A stretch of 63,591 nucleotides of DNA, filler included, from Cercozoa sp. M6MM (Eukaryota > Protista > Endomyxa: Ascetosporea): the NCBI GenBank assembly GCA_040357565.1. It is 8 parts of 8 records of this genome, joined end to end, with 100 filler letters (N's around TTAATTAATTAA, not from the genome) between each part and the next. Parts side by side here need not be neighbours in the genome. Positions count along the whole stretch, not along the records: positions 19,079 to 36,874 come from JBDODJ010000254.1; positions 36,975 to 43,398 come from JBDODJ010000737.1; positions 43,499 to 45,153 come from JBDODJ010001960.1; positions 45,254 to 55,734 come from JBDODJ010000439.1; 4 more parts are not named here. One strand, given 5' to 3'. A model generated the notes under the pieces. It saw nothing but the letters and a program-made list of their open reading frames with translations, was not told the origin of the DNA and did no database searches. Of this stretch, positions 35,368 through 48,701 are shown in pieces. The position numbers and the translations under genes are program-made. The stretch's first letter is position 1. Each line of letters begins with the position of its first letter.

Positions 35368-36874
35368 TTAGTTGTTCGACAGGACGGACGGCACCGGGAT
35401 GTCCAACACCATCGAGCCGGCGCCAGTCTCCTGTGTTCCACCGGGTTAGTTGAGCACATGTGGTACGGTACACACGCGCCAAAATCATGTGCGCGTGACG
35501 TACCTGCATAGCCTCGAGGAAGACAAAGGCGAGCAACTCGTCCGATGTCATGTTGAGGTCGGTCTTGAGCGCGGCGTAGGACTCAGCCTCGGCCGATGCC
35601 TTCACAAGCACAGCACACAACGATCGACATGCGTGTACATATGCAGTACGTGTGCATGTGGACAGGCTACCTGCAATCGCACTTGGTCGACCTCACCCGC
35701 AGCCTTGTTGCGAATCGCCTGTGCGTCGGCATTGGCATCGGCCACAATAACCTTGGCACTCTCCTACGCCAGGAAGGAAAGTTTGACGGGCAAAGTGAGA
35801 GAACGAGACAGGAGACACATACCTCAGCGGCGAGGACCTTGGTTTCGGCGTCGATACGAGCACGCTCGAGTTCGTTCTCGGCCTGCTGGATGTCCTGAAT
35901 CGCAATCTGCGTCTGCTGGATGGCGTATTCGACCTCGCTCGGCAGTTTGACGTTCTTTACCTGCACGCAACCGACGGGAGGTGGGTGGAAAAGACGACAC
36001 GCACAGGAGGATCATAATCGTACTAGAAGTGAGTCGAGCTGCACGCCGTGGATCGAAAGGAAGGTCTCTTGCACCTTGACTTGCATCTGCTGGTTGATCG
36101 CCTGCCAAATACAAAGAGTGCTTTAGTTATTTTCTCATGTACTTCTGTCAACAGCAGGAAGAACCTCGCGTGTCTCATAGAAGTCCGTGACATTGTACAG
36201 CGACGCCGAGTCACGCACATCGTTGCGAATGATCTTCTGGAAGGCGAGTTCCTGCAGTGCGATGCATAAGTGTGAGGTGCAATTAAAGTTAAGGGTGAAA
36301 GACAGCCTACGTAGTCCTTGGCGTAGTCGTAGTAGAGACCGTGCAGGTTCTCCTTGCTCAGACGGTAGTTCACTGTCACCGACAGTGTCACTGGCTGCAG
36401 GGGGGGGGGGGGGGTAAACAAGAGAAGGAGGCACGGTAAAAACGCACCAGGCCATCGTAGCTGCGCACTTCGATGCTCGAGGCACCTGCCAAAAAGAAGA
36501 AAAGATAGGGTGTAATGCAATCAGACAAGCCAGACAAGGCAAAGGAAGCTGTACCCTCAAAGTTCAAGGTCTGCACCTTCTTGGGGAACTTGACGAACGA
36601 GTGACCCGGTCCGAGCATGTAACGACCGTTCTCATAGACCTGCAGAGTAGGTCAGTTCATATAGGGCGAAGGAAAAGGGTGACACTACTGCAGCACCTTG
36701 TTGGGTTTGATATGCTTCGTGTTGGCGTTGTAGTGCAGACCGTACTCGGTGGGTGATAGACTGTCGATCGATACAGCTGCAAAAAAGCGTAGTATAATGC
36801 TGTGACCGCTGCTTCCGGTGTAAGGTACCAATCAAGATGATAATCACAAGTGTGATACTGCCGCAGATCGACAG
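35368..36874 (-). CDS. SPFH/band-7 domain membrane protein, 5'-truncated
   Basis: N-terminal TM, EYGLHYN, YENGRYMLGPGHSFVKFP, RSYDGLPVTLSVTVNYRL, coiled-coil AE/AD repeats. Confidence 0.85.
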
Positions 36875-37076
36875 NNNNNNNNNNNNNNNNNNNNNNNNNN
36901 NNNNNNNNNNNNNNNNNNTTAATTAATTAANNNNNNNNNNNNNNNNNNNNNNNNNNNNNNNNNNNNNNNNNNNNTGTTTACCCCCCTATTTACCCCCTGT
37001 TTATCTCCCTGTTTACCCCCCTGTTTACCCCTGTTTACCTCCCTGTTTACCCCTGTGTACCCCCTGTTTGGCACAG

Positions 37077-37952
37077 GTAGTGACGGGCGGGGACAGTGAC
37101 AGCACAGTGCGACATGCGCTGTTCACTTCCGACAGCAGCAGCAACAACGACATGAACAAGCTTGTCGCTCTGTACGCTGCGAGGGTAGTTTATACCCCTC
37201 CCTGTTTACCCCCTGTTTACTTCCATGTTTACCTCCTGTTTATCCCCTGTTTACCTGTTTTCCTTTTCCCCCCCCCCCCCCTGTTTACCCACTTTACCCA
37301 CGTGCCGGCAGAGTGGCTCGCTGTGGAAGGGCGACAGCACAAAGCGCTGGCTCCAGGCGACGGTGGCACGTGCCACGGCACTGGTCGACGCACACGCCGT
37401 CCGCGCGGACGCTTTGGTCACTCGAGCACTGCGCGAACGCGCATTTGTCGCCTCTGTGTACTGCTTTGTTTCCCCCCCCCCCCGTTTATCCCTCCCCCCG
37501 TTTACCCCCCCCGTTTGCCCTGCTGTGCAGACCCTGCAGATACGTGCGCGTGCGTGCGGAGGATTTGGGCGACATGGGGTGCATTGTTCCCTCTTACCCC
37601 TTTACCCCTTAACCTCCCCTTAATTAGAGGCACACTGCCGCGCGAGCAGTTGGACATGCTGCTGCGACAGTTCGACGTGCAGCACCAGGACCTGCCGCGT
37701 ATGTTACTTCTCCCCTTTACCCCTTTATAAACCCTCCTTTATCCTTTACCCCTCTCCCCCCCCCCGTGTTCGAGTAGTGGTGGCCGGCGACTTTAACGAG
37801 GAGCTACAGGACGCCGGTGCCTTGCAGGCCTTTCTGCTGTCGCTGCTGCCGTGTACTGCTCTTTCTAACTTGCGTTGAGTGCATTCGATTGTGCACATCT
37901 GTGCAGGGGTGCACGCAAGACAGTAGCCGCTCGCGAAGACTGCTCGTGCTAG
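37077..37952 (+). CDS. TCF25: TCF25/Rqc1 ribosome quality-control factor, 3' part
   Basis: KLVALYAAR|SGSLWKGDSTKRWLQ and terminal ALQAFLLSLLPG match TCF25 C-terminal motifs. Confidence 0.7.
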
Positions 37953-38132
37953 AACTAAATAAACCTAGTCCAGTCGAATTCGATCGGTCAGCTGGCGCTC
38001 GAGGGCCGTCGCAGTGTCCGGTCGGCGTGCTCCATGAGTCGCGCCGCCACGCTGTCGCTCCTACACCCAATTCAGTTCAGTCAGTCAGTTCTGTTGTGCA
38101 TGGTCAGAGCAAAGCTGAGTGCTAGGTGACTG

Positions 38133-39174
38133 CTACATCGAGGGCAGCTGCACGGCGCTGCTGTTGTGCGCGGCGGCGCTGTTGCTGGCGACAGCCAGGA
38201 TGCTCGAGTCGAGGGCCGTGTCGTCGCTGAGTCGACTCACGCTGAGATTGACGCTCGTGTTCAGCGGTGCTATCCTGTGCAGCGCCAGCGCCAGTTCCTG
38301 TGTCGACAAAGCACCTCATAGCACTGCCGAAACAGTACACACATACACCACAAATTAAAGCCCACGGAATCGTGCAGTGCATCCTCGAAGCGATTCAATC
38401 GTCCTGTTAAAACACACCCTCACCCTCTTCCCCCAACTAGCGAAAGTGCTGTCTCGCCTGTACCGAGAGCTATACTGCGCTGCTGGAACAGTTTGCACAC
38501 TGCGTCGACGTCCACTTTCTCCGGCAGTGTGGCTCCTGCGCCCAGCAAAATACAGCTCTCATCACACCCGTAACCAAGTTGTCAAAACTGACACAGCTCG
38601 ATAGGCTACTGTACCTTCTTGAGGAAGCTTGCCAATGTCACCCAGACACGGCAGGACATCTTGTATCTCGCGCACTCTCTCATCCAGCACGCCCAGCGCC
38701 TCAAGTGCTTCCTCTTGCCTGCAAAAACGCCACCTTAACAATCCAGCCGCTCGCATCCCCAAAGATTATGTTTACGTGTGCTTGGCGAGTAAGGTGCGTG
38801 AGAGCTTGACTGTCTTTCGCAGGTGCCGACGATCCACGACGTGATCTTTCCTTGGTCGCTGAAAAAAGAAAAGCTATTCGGACTGAAAGAAACGCAAAAT
38901 TATGAAACACTACCCTGGGCTGAGAGATCGTGGTGTCATTGCTTTCGGTGCGCTCAGTGACGCTGCTGCTCGTGTTTTGGCGTTTCGAACTGCTCGTGCC
39001 CGTGCTCGGGTTAGCAGATTTTGCAGCGTTTGTTGCGACTGTGTTTGCAGTGTTGGTGTTCTCGGCGCTGCTTTCGGTGTCGACACGGCGTCGCTTAGGC
39101 ACACTGCGAAACAGAAGGTTATAACAGTTAACTGAGACGGAGAGAGAGCAGGTAGACTGACAGTCAGGATGTGT

Positions 39175-39229
<55 letters not shown>

Positions 39230-39239
39230 NNNNNNNNNN

Positions 39240-39288
<49 letters not shown>

Positions 39289-41819
39289 ACCGTGCCCTGT
39301 GTCGAGACAACTGAACAGTGTGACTGCGCTTGCCGAGTGTTGACTACACAAAGCTCGAGTTGACAAAGCACACACCAGCAGATTAAGAACTCCTATACGC
39401 ACCTTGTGTGCACTCGGAACACGCGCCGTGTGTCGCTTTATTTTCAATGTAGATCGTCTGCTCCTGCTGCCTGCTAAATGTGTGAGAGTATAAATGTGAG
39501 AGTAGGGGGGGGGGGGTAAAGGGGTAGTATTGAGTACCGGTGCTGCTGCTGGTGCTGTTGCCGGCAGAAGCGGCACTAACGGCCAGTTCTTGCAGCAGCT
39601 CGGCTGCGTCGCGTCCCTCAAACAGCACGCGTCTCTGTGGGTCCTCCTTCTTGCAATCCTACACCAGGGGGGGGGGGGGTAAAGCGTAGGGGTAAAGTCG
39701 AGGGCAACAACACACATTGATGAGAGCCAGCGCATGCGCGTGCAGTTTGTCGACGTGCCGAAACCTTCGTCGAACGCTCTCCTCGCGCTGCAGCAGTTTG
39801 AACGCTCCCGCTTTGCGCAGTCGCTCCGGGTTACGCGACGACTCGACTACTTGCTGCAAAACGTGGAGGTATATAATAGGGGAGTGGAAGTGGGAGGGGT
39901 AAAACACACCTGGTGCTCTTTGTGCAGCGCCACGACACGGGCTACTTCGTCCAGCGCCGGCTGAATCGCCGCCAGCTGCTGTCGCAGTTCCCTGCAGCAC
40001 ACCTTGGTTTTACCCCCCCCATATTGTACATACTTAGCTGATGGGCATACTTCTCCATGCGATCGTGTTCGTCGAGTAACTCGAGAGTGAACTGTGTCTC
40101 CTTGAAGGCCTAGAACATATCGCTATTTTAGCCTTTTTTATCCACCTCTTAGCTTTTGCCGAAGGTACCAAGAACTGCTCACGCGCACTACTTGGCGTGC
40201 CAAGTGCATCCCACAGCTCCTGAACTTTTTCCCTGTACACATGCACCATAAGGTAAGGGCAAGGGTGGAGGGGGTGTGAAGCAACCTGGCACGCGGAACG
40301 AGAACGTCGAGACGCGCCGATGTCATCCGCCGCAACTCGGCCAACACCGCCTCGCCACGCTGCAGTTCCTCCTCACTACAACAAGCATGCTTACAATATT
40401 GTTTATGTTGGTATGTGTTGGTCTCCGCGCGGAAGGTAGGGTCAGCGAGGGAAGGAGAAACGCACGCCAGTGACCGCGGCAGTCGCTCGCGCTGACTGGC
40501 GCGCACCTCATGTCGCACCTCGAGTCGCTGCCAGAGCTGCGTCACCTGCGACACGAGGTCGTCGCGCCGCGCCTCGCGCAGTCGCCGCAGAGACTCGAGT
40601 TCCGCCACGCGCTCACGTAGACGCGACCGGTCCTGTACAGTCCAATACAGTACAGTCCCCGGTCCACTCGGTCGGTCCATTCGGACCGTGCGGACCTCAC
40701 ATACACAAACAACGCACCTCTTCCGAAAAACTTTCGCTCTCGATTTCGGCCTGGTCCTCTGCATGGGGGAAAGTCAGGGAAGGTTCAAGGAAGGTTCCAG
40801 GAAGGCACAAGGAAGTTACGCAGAAGAGTGCCAAGCGACACGGCCAGGTTCGACAGGTGCAGTCGCAACTCGCGCGCCTCTTCCGACGCCTGCTCGCCCA
40901 GCGACTCGATCTGGGGGGGGGGGGGGGTAAGAAAGGGTAGGGGTAAAGAAAAGGGTAGAGGGAGATGAAAGGCAAGAAGGGACACAAGACACCTGCTTCA
41001 GCAGGCCCTGCGCCTCGACGAACTGATCGATGAGCGCCGGCTGCTTGAGCGTCGGGAGCTTGATGCCGATGCGGCCGCACAGCACGTCGATCGAGTGCAC
41101 GACCTGCGCGATCTCCTGCCGCTTCTGCTCGCAGTGCTGCGCCACCGTCTTGCGCACACTCAGCAGAATGTCTCTTCTGTGGAAGGGGGCAGAGGTAGGC
41201 GGGTAAAGGACAAACTCAAGAACTCTGAAGAGCCGAAGTCAACCGACCTTTCCACCAGCGACTTTTGCGCAAAGGTCTGCGCTTCCGAGTGCGTTTCCTG
41301 TCAGCACAAATACAAAAAGGAAATAACAAGTACATACACACATGGCTTGAGTGTACCTCAAAGACACGCATGTGCTGTGCAGCACGCGTGGCACCGCTCA
41401 GATGGGTGCTCAAGTCGCGCACCTCGCTACACACCCCACGTACACTGACATATGATATGAGTCGATGGTTGCTACTACCTTAGCAGATGCTGCACCTCCT
41501 TGTCGAACTCTTTCGCTTCCATATGTGCTGCTGCCACTGCCTGCACTCACAGGTACGAGTAAGGGGTAGGGTACGGGGTGTACAAAGGTTTGGGTTCGTC
41601 TGCAGAAAGACACCTCGTCCATCACGTGCTCGATCTGCTGCTGCAGTGCACTCAGCTTCCGCTCCTGCGCCGCAGCGTCGTATCCCATGGAGCGCCAGAC
41701 CTGTCGAGGATTTCAAAGCACATGTAAGCAGGGAGGGCCACTCTCCCCTTTGCAAGAGGTACCTCGCGCAGACGCTCGGCCGTCTTGCCACACGCCTGCT
41801 CGAGTCGCCCCAGATCCAT
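38133..41819 (-). CDS. MAP65/Ase1/PRC1 microtubule-bundling protein
   Basis: LREVWRSMGY, QLWQRLEV, EKVQELWDALG, SRNPERLRK..KLLQREESVRRR, disordered S/T-rich tail. Confidence 0.82.
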
Positions 41820-42031
41820 GATTCTCAACCACTCGGTGCCTGTCTGCAGATCCACGCATGCAGCACGCCAAATCGTTGTGTGAGCGTTGTGACTCCGAAC
41901 CTCTTAACATCGGCTCACACACATTTCTCGGCTCACTCCAGAAGGTGACGATTTCCCCTAGCGAAGAGAGAATTGACACACTAATTTAGCCTCTCACTAT
42001 GTCAAGAATGCCGAAAATAGCGGCTAAGCCG

Positions 42032-42939
42032 ATGTTGCGCAGCATCCACTTGGGTATGAAGAAGTGGGGGCTCATTTCCTTAAAAACCGTGCTGTAGCCG
42101 CTTGTGTGTTGCAGGCGGCGTAGTGCGCGAGGCAGCGCTGCGTGCGTTCATGTTGCCGTCAGTGACGCCGCAGGCGACGCGGATACTGCGCAGCTTCTTG
42201 GTGTGTCATGCATGTGTCTGACGGGTACCTTGACTGATGTGGTGTGTGTACAGTCTTCGCCGGCCGGTCTGCAGGGTCTGATGCTGCGGCAACCGCCTGT
42301 GAATGTGCCGATCATCTGGCTGTAGCCCTGCTTTCTGCATCTGTGTCTTTGTGTTTAAGTGTGTTGAGTGTTCATTTGTGTGTGCAGACTGTTCGCCTTC
42401 CTGACGCAAGACAGGGACAAGCAGCGCGAGGCACTACGCTTCTGTCGCAGCGACACGCTGCACGGCCTCATGGCGAAACTATCGCCTCGGGAGGTCAGTC
42501 AGGGAGGCGTTTTCTGGGGGCGTTTCTCTGGGCGAAGGGTCGTTCCTCTAGATTGTATTCTGTATGTGGTGATGTGTGGACAGGCGCGTTTTTTGTTGCT
42601 GCGCACGGGCACACGCGAAGAACAGCAAGGCGATGTTGAGGTCGCTTACACTCTTCATTTTACCCCCCTCTTTACCCTTCTAGTTTACCCCCTATACCCC
42701 TCTATACCCTTTATCCCCCCATATCCCTGATTACCCTTACCCCCCCGCCATGTCCCACAGGCGTTGCAGTTCGTGACAGCGCGTGCGCGATTGGCGGCGT
42801 GGCCGAAACTGCCGCGGCACGGCGACGGCGCCAACAACAGGGAGGAGGAAAACAACAAACAAAAACAACAACTGCAGACAGTGGTACAGGGCACGGTGGT
42901 GCAGCACGAGAGACTGGTCGACTTGGAGTCTACGTACTG

Positions 42940-43017
<78 letters not shown>

Positions 43018-43398
43018 ATATGGACTGTCCATGTGTATATAGTCTAGATGTACATGTGTACAGTCCATATTTACGCCAATGGTAGGTACGAACGCATCTT
43101 TGAGACGCTCAGTTTCGCGTGCGGCGACCGTCGCACCGTCAATCCGCGTGCTGTCAATTTGATGCTGCAGAGGTTGTTTTTGCCCTTTTACTCCCTCTTT
43201 ACTCCCTCTTTACCCCCTCTTTACCCCCCTCTTTACCCCGCTCTTTACCCCCTCTTTACTTCCTCTTTATTCCTTGTTTTCCCTTGGTATTCCCACTGTA
43301 CAGAAGTAGGTCGTTTGGAACGCAAGTGTTGCACTCGATTCTCACGTTGCCGGATGTGCGTATCACTGTAATCCGCTGTTTACCTCTCCCCCCCCCCC
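42032..43398 (+). CDS. Hypothetical multi-exon protein, 3'-truncated
   Basis: ATG followed by several GC3-rich exons bounded by GT-AG; no family recognised. Confidence 0.5.
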
Positions 43399-43549
43399 NN
43401 NNNNNNNNNNNNNNNNNNNNNNNNNNNNNNNNNNNNNNNNNNTTAATTAATTAANNNNNNNNNNNNNNNNNNNNNNNNNNNNNNNNNNNNNNNNNNNNGT
43501 AGTTGTTACCCCCCCCCCCCTACCGCCATCTTACCCCCACCCTGGTCAG

Positions 43550-43765
43550 CCGGGTCACGTGGTGTCGCTGCGAGTGAGTGTGGGCGACCGCGTGGAGGCA
43601 GGCGAGACACTGATGGTGCTGGAGGCCATGAAGATGCGGCACGACATCGTGGCCGACAAGAGCGGCGTCGTGCAGGAAGTCTTCGCCGCCGAGGGCGACT
43701 TTGTCGACGCCGACGCTCTCCTGGTCGACGTGCAGCCCGCGCCGCTCGAGCAGCAGCTCGAATAA
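43550..43765 (+). CDS. Last exon of a biotin-dependent carboxylase (biotinyl domain; MCCC1/PCCA-like)
   Basis: PGHVVSLRVSVGDRVEAGETLMVLEAMKMRHDIVA contains the EAMKM biotin-attachment motif. Confidence 0.9.
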   Translation, partial: PGHVVSLRVSVGDRVEAGETLMVLEAMKMRHDIVADKSGVVQEVFAAEGDFVDADALLVDVQPAPLEQQLE

Positions 43766-43877
43766 AGCAGCACGAGTAAAACAGCTCGAATAAAGCAGCT
43801 CGAATAAAGCAGCTCGAGTAAAGCAGCTCGAATAAAGCAGCACGAGTGAAGCAGCACGAGTGAAGCAGCTCGAGTGA
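43753..43877 (+). repeat. 14-bp tandem repeat x9 overlapping the stop codon
   Basis: Consensus GCAGC(T/A)CGA(A/G)T(A/G)AA. Confidence 0.95.
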
Positions 43878-44955
43878 CCCTGATTAGGATGCCTTCCTGC
43901 GGCTGCAGTATTGCTATCTATGTGACTTACAATCTGCTCGTGCAACATATCAAGAACCTCTGAGAAACAGGGCGGCTCAGACGGACAGGGTCTACTAGTT
44001 GGGTGCTGTAGCCGTGGTAGTGGTCTGGGTCGGTGCTGTGGCAGTGGTACGGTAGTAGTCTGCGTCTGATTCTTGATAGGTAGCGCTACAACTGCTTCAA
44101 GAATACAGGAAATGCACGGCAGGGTTGCTTGACTGTAAATTTACCTGTCAGTTTTCAAACTGTAAGTTATGCTCCTTCCCAGAAACGGACCAATCGAAAG
44201 AGTCGGTCTCACTTTGATCGCTCGTGGCGTTCCCTGTATAGTACAAACCTAGCTATGCCGATCGACTGCTTGGACCCCCCCCCCCCCCGTTCAATGCTTG
44301 CTCAGTCGCTACCTTAGTATTCTTGCACGGTACACCTTGCTGGACATATGAACGAAGTTTCTTTTATTACGGAAGTACACTTCCAGCAAGCAACCTGGTA
44401 TTCTTGGGCCGAATTCTAAACGTTGTCGATGCTAACAGTACGGTATGCACATTTCAGAGAGTCTATTTTAAAAAAGGATACTGATAGTCTCTGATATATA
44501 AATAGGAGCGGTTCGCGCTGCCAATGTTCTGGCCGAGAGGAATACACATACAAGTAAACGTAGCAGCAGAACTTCGGCCTTGTTCGTACCGAATACGGAT
44601 ACTCGCCACGACCCGGGAAAAAGCGGGGAATGACCAAAAAGTCAAAACTGCCAGTCTGGGTCGACTGGTCAGTCTGATGACAAAGCGATCTAAACATTTG
44701 AGTACAGAATCTAGCTGCTGTCGGCTGTTTATCAGCTTGGACTCTTTAATGACCTTAATGTACTGTCGCGTCGGTATATCACTACTGCGCTGCCATGTAC
44801 ATTAAATTGGCGGAAAAACACGCGTGCATCGAACCCAAAAATACGAGAATCTTCCGTGTTGCCGTGGCTAAACTTAGAGAAACTGAGCCTTTGACAGTTT
44901 TTTAGACACTGTTTAGACGCCATTGGCGGTTATTGGGTCACTAACAGAGGTCGAA

Positions 44956-45062
44956 ATGTGGAGACGTGTGTTGCTCCTGGGAGTGGCATGTGCCAGTGTC
45001 AGCGAAGCTGCGTCGCTGCCGCGGTCGCTGCGAGCGCACCGTGACACCGTCTGTGAGATCTG
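44956..45062 (+). CDS. First exon of a secreted protein, possibly saposin-like
   Basis: MWRRVLLLGVACASVSEAA signal peptide, then DTVCEI(C/W) at a GT donor; the contig ends here. Confidence 0.4.
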
Positions 45063-45253
45063 GTGCGTTCCTGTTTTAGCCCCCCGTTTGGCGGGGGGGC
45101 CCGGTGGGGGGGGTGGGGGGGGCCGGGGGTGGGGGGGGGGGGGGGGGGGGGGGNNNNNNNNNNNNNNNNNNNNNNNNNNNNNNNNNNNNNNNNNNNNTTA
45201 ATTAATTAANNNNNNNNNNNNNNNNNNNNNNNNNNNNNNNNNNNNNNNNNNNN

Positions 45254-47487
45254 TTGCACAAGCGCCTCGAGGCAGAGAAGTTAGCCACCGCCGAAGAAAA
45301 GCGTCGGCACGCACGCACACGGCGTGAAGTGACCGAACTCCGCGAAAAGCAGGAACGCTACGCAAAGAACAGCTCACACGAGCTAGAATCGCAAAAGCGA
45401 CGCAATGCTGCTCTACAAAACGAAATTTCTTCCTACAAAGCCAAATTGAGTGCAACTGAAGCAACTCTCAGCGTAGAACGAAAGAAACTGTCTGACGACA
45501 AGGTCCGACTTCTGCAAGAAGTGAGCGAAATTCGCAGCAAATACGAGGACGCCATTGCTCAGCTTAAGCGCGTGCGCAGTATCTCGCAAGCGCACGGTGT
45601 GAGTCGTCCTGTCACTGCCGACACTACACGTATGAGGACGCAGAACGAAGAAGACATGACGCTGGAAATGAACGAACTCGCCACAGAGCTCGACAACGCG
45701 TTGCGGCTTTCAAGCGAGCGCGCAATGACGATCGATCTAATGCAGCAAAAACTCGACGACGCCAAAGCTGCTCTCGAGGCAGAAAAGATACGCAGTGCGC
45801 GACGAGAACAGCTGCAAAAAGAGCGCGCAGAAATGGAGAAGCAAGACGATGTTGAGCACTTACAGGTCGAACTTTCGCACGCTCGCCGTGTCGGCGACGA
45901 TGTGCGCCAGAGACTGAACGACGCACGAAGAGAAATCGAAGAAACGCAGCGCAAAAACGAGCGCGCTTTTGTTGAACTTCGCGCCGAATTCGCGAAACAG
46001 CGCGACGCCGCGAAGGAGCGCGCAAGCGCACAGCAGCGACGCTTTGAATGTCTCGGTGAGCGATTCGTCAGTTTCATTCAACACATGGCCGATCTGTGCA
46101 CGCGACCATCCGGGAAACACGACAAGATGAAACTCGACGCTGTTCTCGTGTTTGAAGCGCAACGCAGTGCCTCTGATGCGCAGGCAAAGATGCGCGCGAT
46201 GCGTAAACAAATGAAAAAGAAGAGGCGACACACTTCGAGCAGCGACGTCATCGACGTCACGGTGCACAGCAGCAGGCGCGTTCGTTCGGCACACATTGAG
46301 AGAGAGACGAAAGAGGAAGTGCATTCCAAGCCGAACCAGATTGATGCGAGCGCCGAAGTGCTTAAAGCTCGCGTGGAGACACTGCAAACGCGCCTCGAAG
46401 AGGCACGCGATGCGGCAAGTGAGCTGGAGCAGCGCACGCGGGAACAAGAACACGCAATGACAGCAGAAGCCAACGTTCTCGAAGCTGAGCACGCCAAAGA
46501 GATCGCTAGATTGCAAAAAATGCTTCAGGACAGGTCGAACGAGGTACTGCAAACGCGAAAGGACCTCGCACAGGTCAAGAAGATACTCGGCCAGACACAG
46601 CACAAAGCGAGCCAGGCACTACAAGAACAATGCGAAGCAAACGAACGGCTCGAGCGTCTCCAACGCCGTTGCAAGGACCTCTCTGCCGCAGCTACTCGCC
46701 ATCAGGACGTACCTGCACCTTGTGTGACAATTGATACTTGTTTTGCACTTCTGGTGCTTGTAGCGAATATCGCAACTGCAAGAGCAAGTGTCTCGTCACT
46801 CAAAACGCAACACTGAGACCGAGGAGTCTACCGCGCAACACAACAATCTACAGCAGCAAGTCATGTAAGACTTCCCTAAAGCTACGCAGATTGAGATCTC
46901 TTTGGACACGAACTTTTCCTCAGTATGCTTCGCGAGCAAGTGAAACGACGTGATGATCGACTGAAGAAGCAAGAGGCGCACGTGCGAGCACTCGAGAGCA
47001 GTCGCGATGCATACGATGAGGCCGAGCACCGCGCTGAGTCACTCGCCTCGCAGCTTGCGCGAAAAACCACACGTTTGCGGCACGTCGAGGAAGCGCTCGA
47101 GCGTGAGCGACGCCGACAGCTTGAAGCCGAAATCGGCGAAAACGAAGCACTCAAAACTGCAAAGCACGATGCGCAAAAGTACAGGCGCAAACTGAGAGAT
47201 TTGCAACTCCATTTCGACAAAACGCGGCGCGAACTCGACGAAGCCCGAGAGAAACAGGTCAAACAACGAGAAACTCGAGGTACAGTAAACGCTACAAACT
47301 TAAACAAGAGTTGAGCATCACTGATGCTGGCACTTAGACAAGAAGACAGACGAAGCTTTGCGAAGGATAGTGCACGGCGCTGCATCCGCTTTGCGGCGTG
47401 CCGTCTCGCACAACCGCGCCCTGCGTCGCATGCTCTTCGATCGAGAGCAGCAGCTTGATGACCTGTCTTCTGTAACCATCTTGATGC

Positions 47488-47543
<56 letters not shown>

Positions 47544-48089
47544 CCTACACACCCTGTGTTCCAGGTGAGCGGCTTTTCGACGTCGGACATTGCCGACCTC
47601 AACTCTCACGTTGTGAACTCTGATGCACAGGACGAAAAGTCTGTGGTAGAGTGGATCGACGCCGAGCTGAAGAGAAGCGGCAGCGACTCTGATCGTGTTT
47701 CAGTGAGTCTTAATCAACAAAAGGGATTAATGTATTCTTAGCCTCGGAAGCTGGTTTCGCACATTGCGCAGCGCGAGCGTGCATGGCGAAATCTGCAACG
47801 CACTGCGCACCGCGTGCTGTCGCAGCGTGTGCGTCTTGAAGTGCAGCTTTCGGAAAGCTGTAACAGTCAGAGCAACGGCATCAGCAAGCACTCGACACCT
47901 CGCCACTTACAGTCGCATCGCTCGCAGTCACGCCATTCGCCGTCGCACGACTCGTTGTCGCGCTCACTGTCGCGCCAACTCAATGGTAAGCAAGAGCACG
48001 AAGGCTCGGTCGAGACGCCAATGTGCAGCGTGGGTTCCCACGTCGCGCAGTTTAGGAGTCGCAGCAGCACTCGCAGTGATCACAGATAG
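45254..48089 (+). CDS. Large coiled-coil protein, 5'-truncated
   Basis: A 520-aa heptad-rich ORF plus downstream exons ending in an S/H/R-rich tail; no family assigned. Confidence 0.75.
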
Positions 48090-48137
48090 CATTATAATTC
48101 AAATTTGTCAACGGCACCCGCAGAGGCAAAAAAAGAG

Positions 48138-48210
48138 TGTACCTGGTGGGGATTGAACCCACGACCTTTGGTGTGTAAGACCAACGCGATAACCACTACG
48201 CTACAGATAC
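48138..48210 (-). tRNA. tRNA-Val(TAC)
   Basis: Acceptor stem GTATCTG/CAGGTAC, D-loop AGTGG, anticodon arm TTGGT-CTTACAC-ACCAA, T-loop GTTCAATC, followed by a T7 Pol III terminator. Confidence 0.95.
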
Positions 48211-48426
48211 TGCTTTGCTGCGTTGATTACACATCAACAAGACAGAGTACAGCAAAGCTTTCGGTTGGCTTAAGAGAACAGAATCATGGGCCAGGCTACA
48301 AGCTTTGCTTCGAACGAGCAATACAATCAGTCGAGTGCGAGTGGGTGTAGTTGTAAGCGAAGGAAACCTGACGGGATGGTGCCGAGATTTGGATACGATG
48401 CCTACCGCAACTAGTAAGTTCTAACA

Positions 48427-48629
48427 GGGCGTGTCCCGGATTGGCGGGGCGCTTTTTTCTTTCTTTGGTCTTGTATGTGGAAAACCTTTCAAAGGGGTAC
48501 AGTAATTTAACTACTAAACGTACCAGACACCCAAGGGCAAATAATAAGGTCCGAAGGAAACTTAGGAAAGCCCCACAACACCTAACGGTTGGATTTTTCA
48601 AAAACGCCCCGCCAGTCCGGGGCATACCC
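48427..48629. mobile_element. 203-bp MITE, probably Mutator-like
   Basis: About 30-bp imperfect TIRs (GGGCGTGTCCCGGATTGGCGGGGCG vs reverse complement GGGTATGCCCCGGACTGGCGGGGCG). The 9-bp flanks GTTCTAACA and GTCCGAACA match 7/9. Confidence 0.7.
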
Positions 48630-48701
48630 GTCCGAACACTACGGGAACTAGCGCAATCGAGTTAAACCGCAGTAACGTAAGCCCCGGTGCACGGCGTGTT
48701 A

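Noticed and set aside
36975-37070. (CCCCTGTTTA)n at a contig start, resembling a telomere
   Set aside because: It is degenerate and runs straight into a CACAG acceptor of TCF25; the same motif fills internal introns.
43753-43877. CRISPR-like appearance of short repeats
   Set aside because: Head-to-tail repeats with no unique spacers, eukaryotic context, no cas genes.
44078-44314. AGGTAGCG...CGCTACCT inverted ends, possible MITE
   Set aside because: Only 8 bp match and no convincing target-site duplication.
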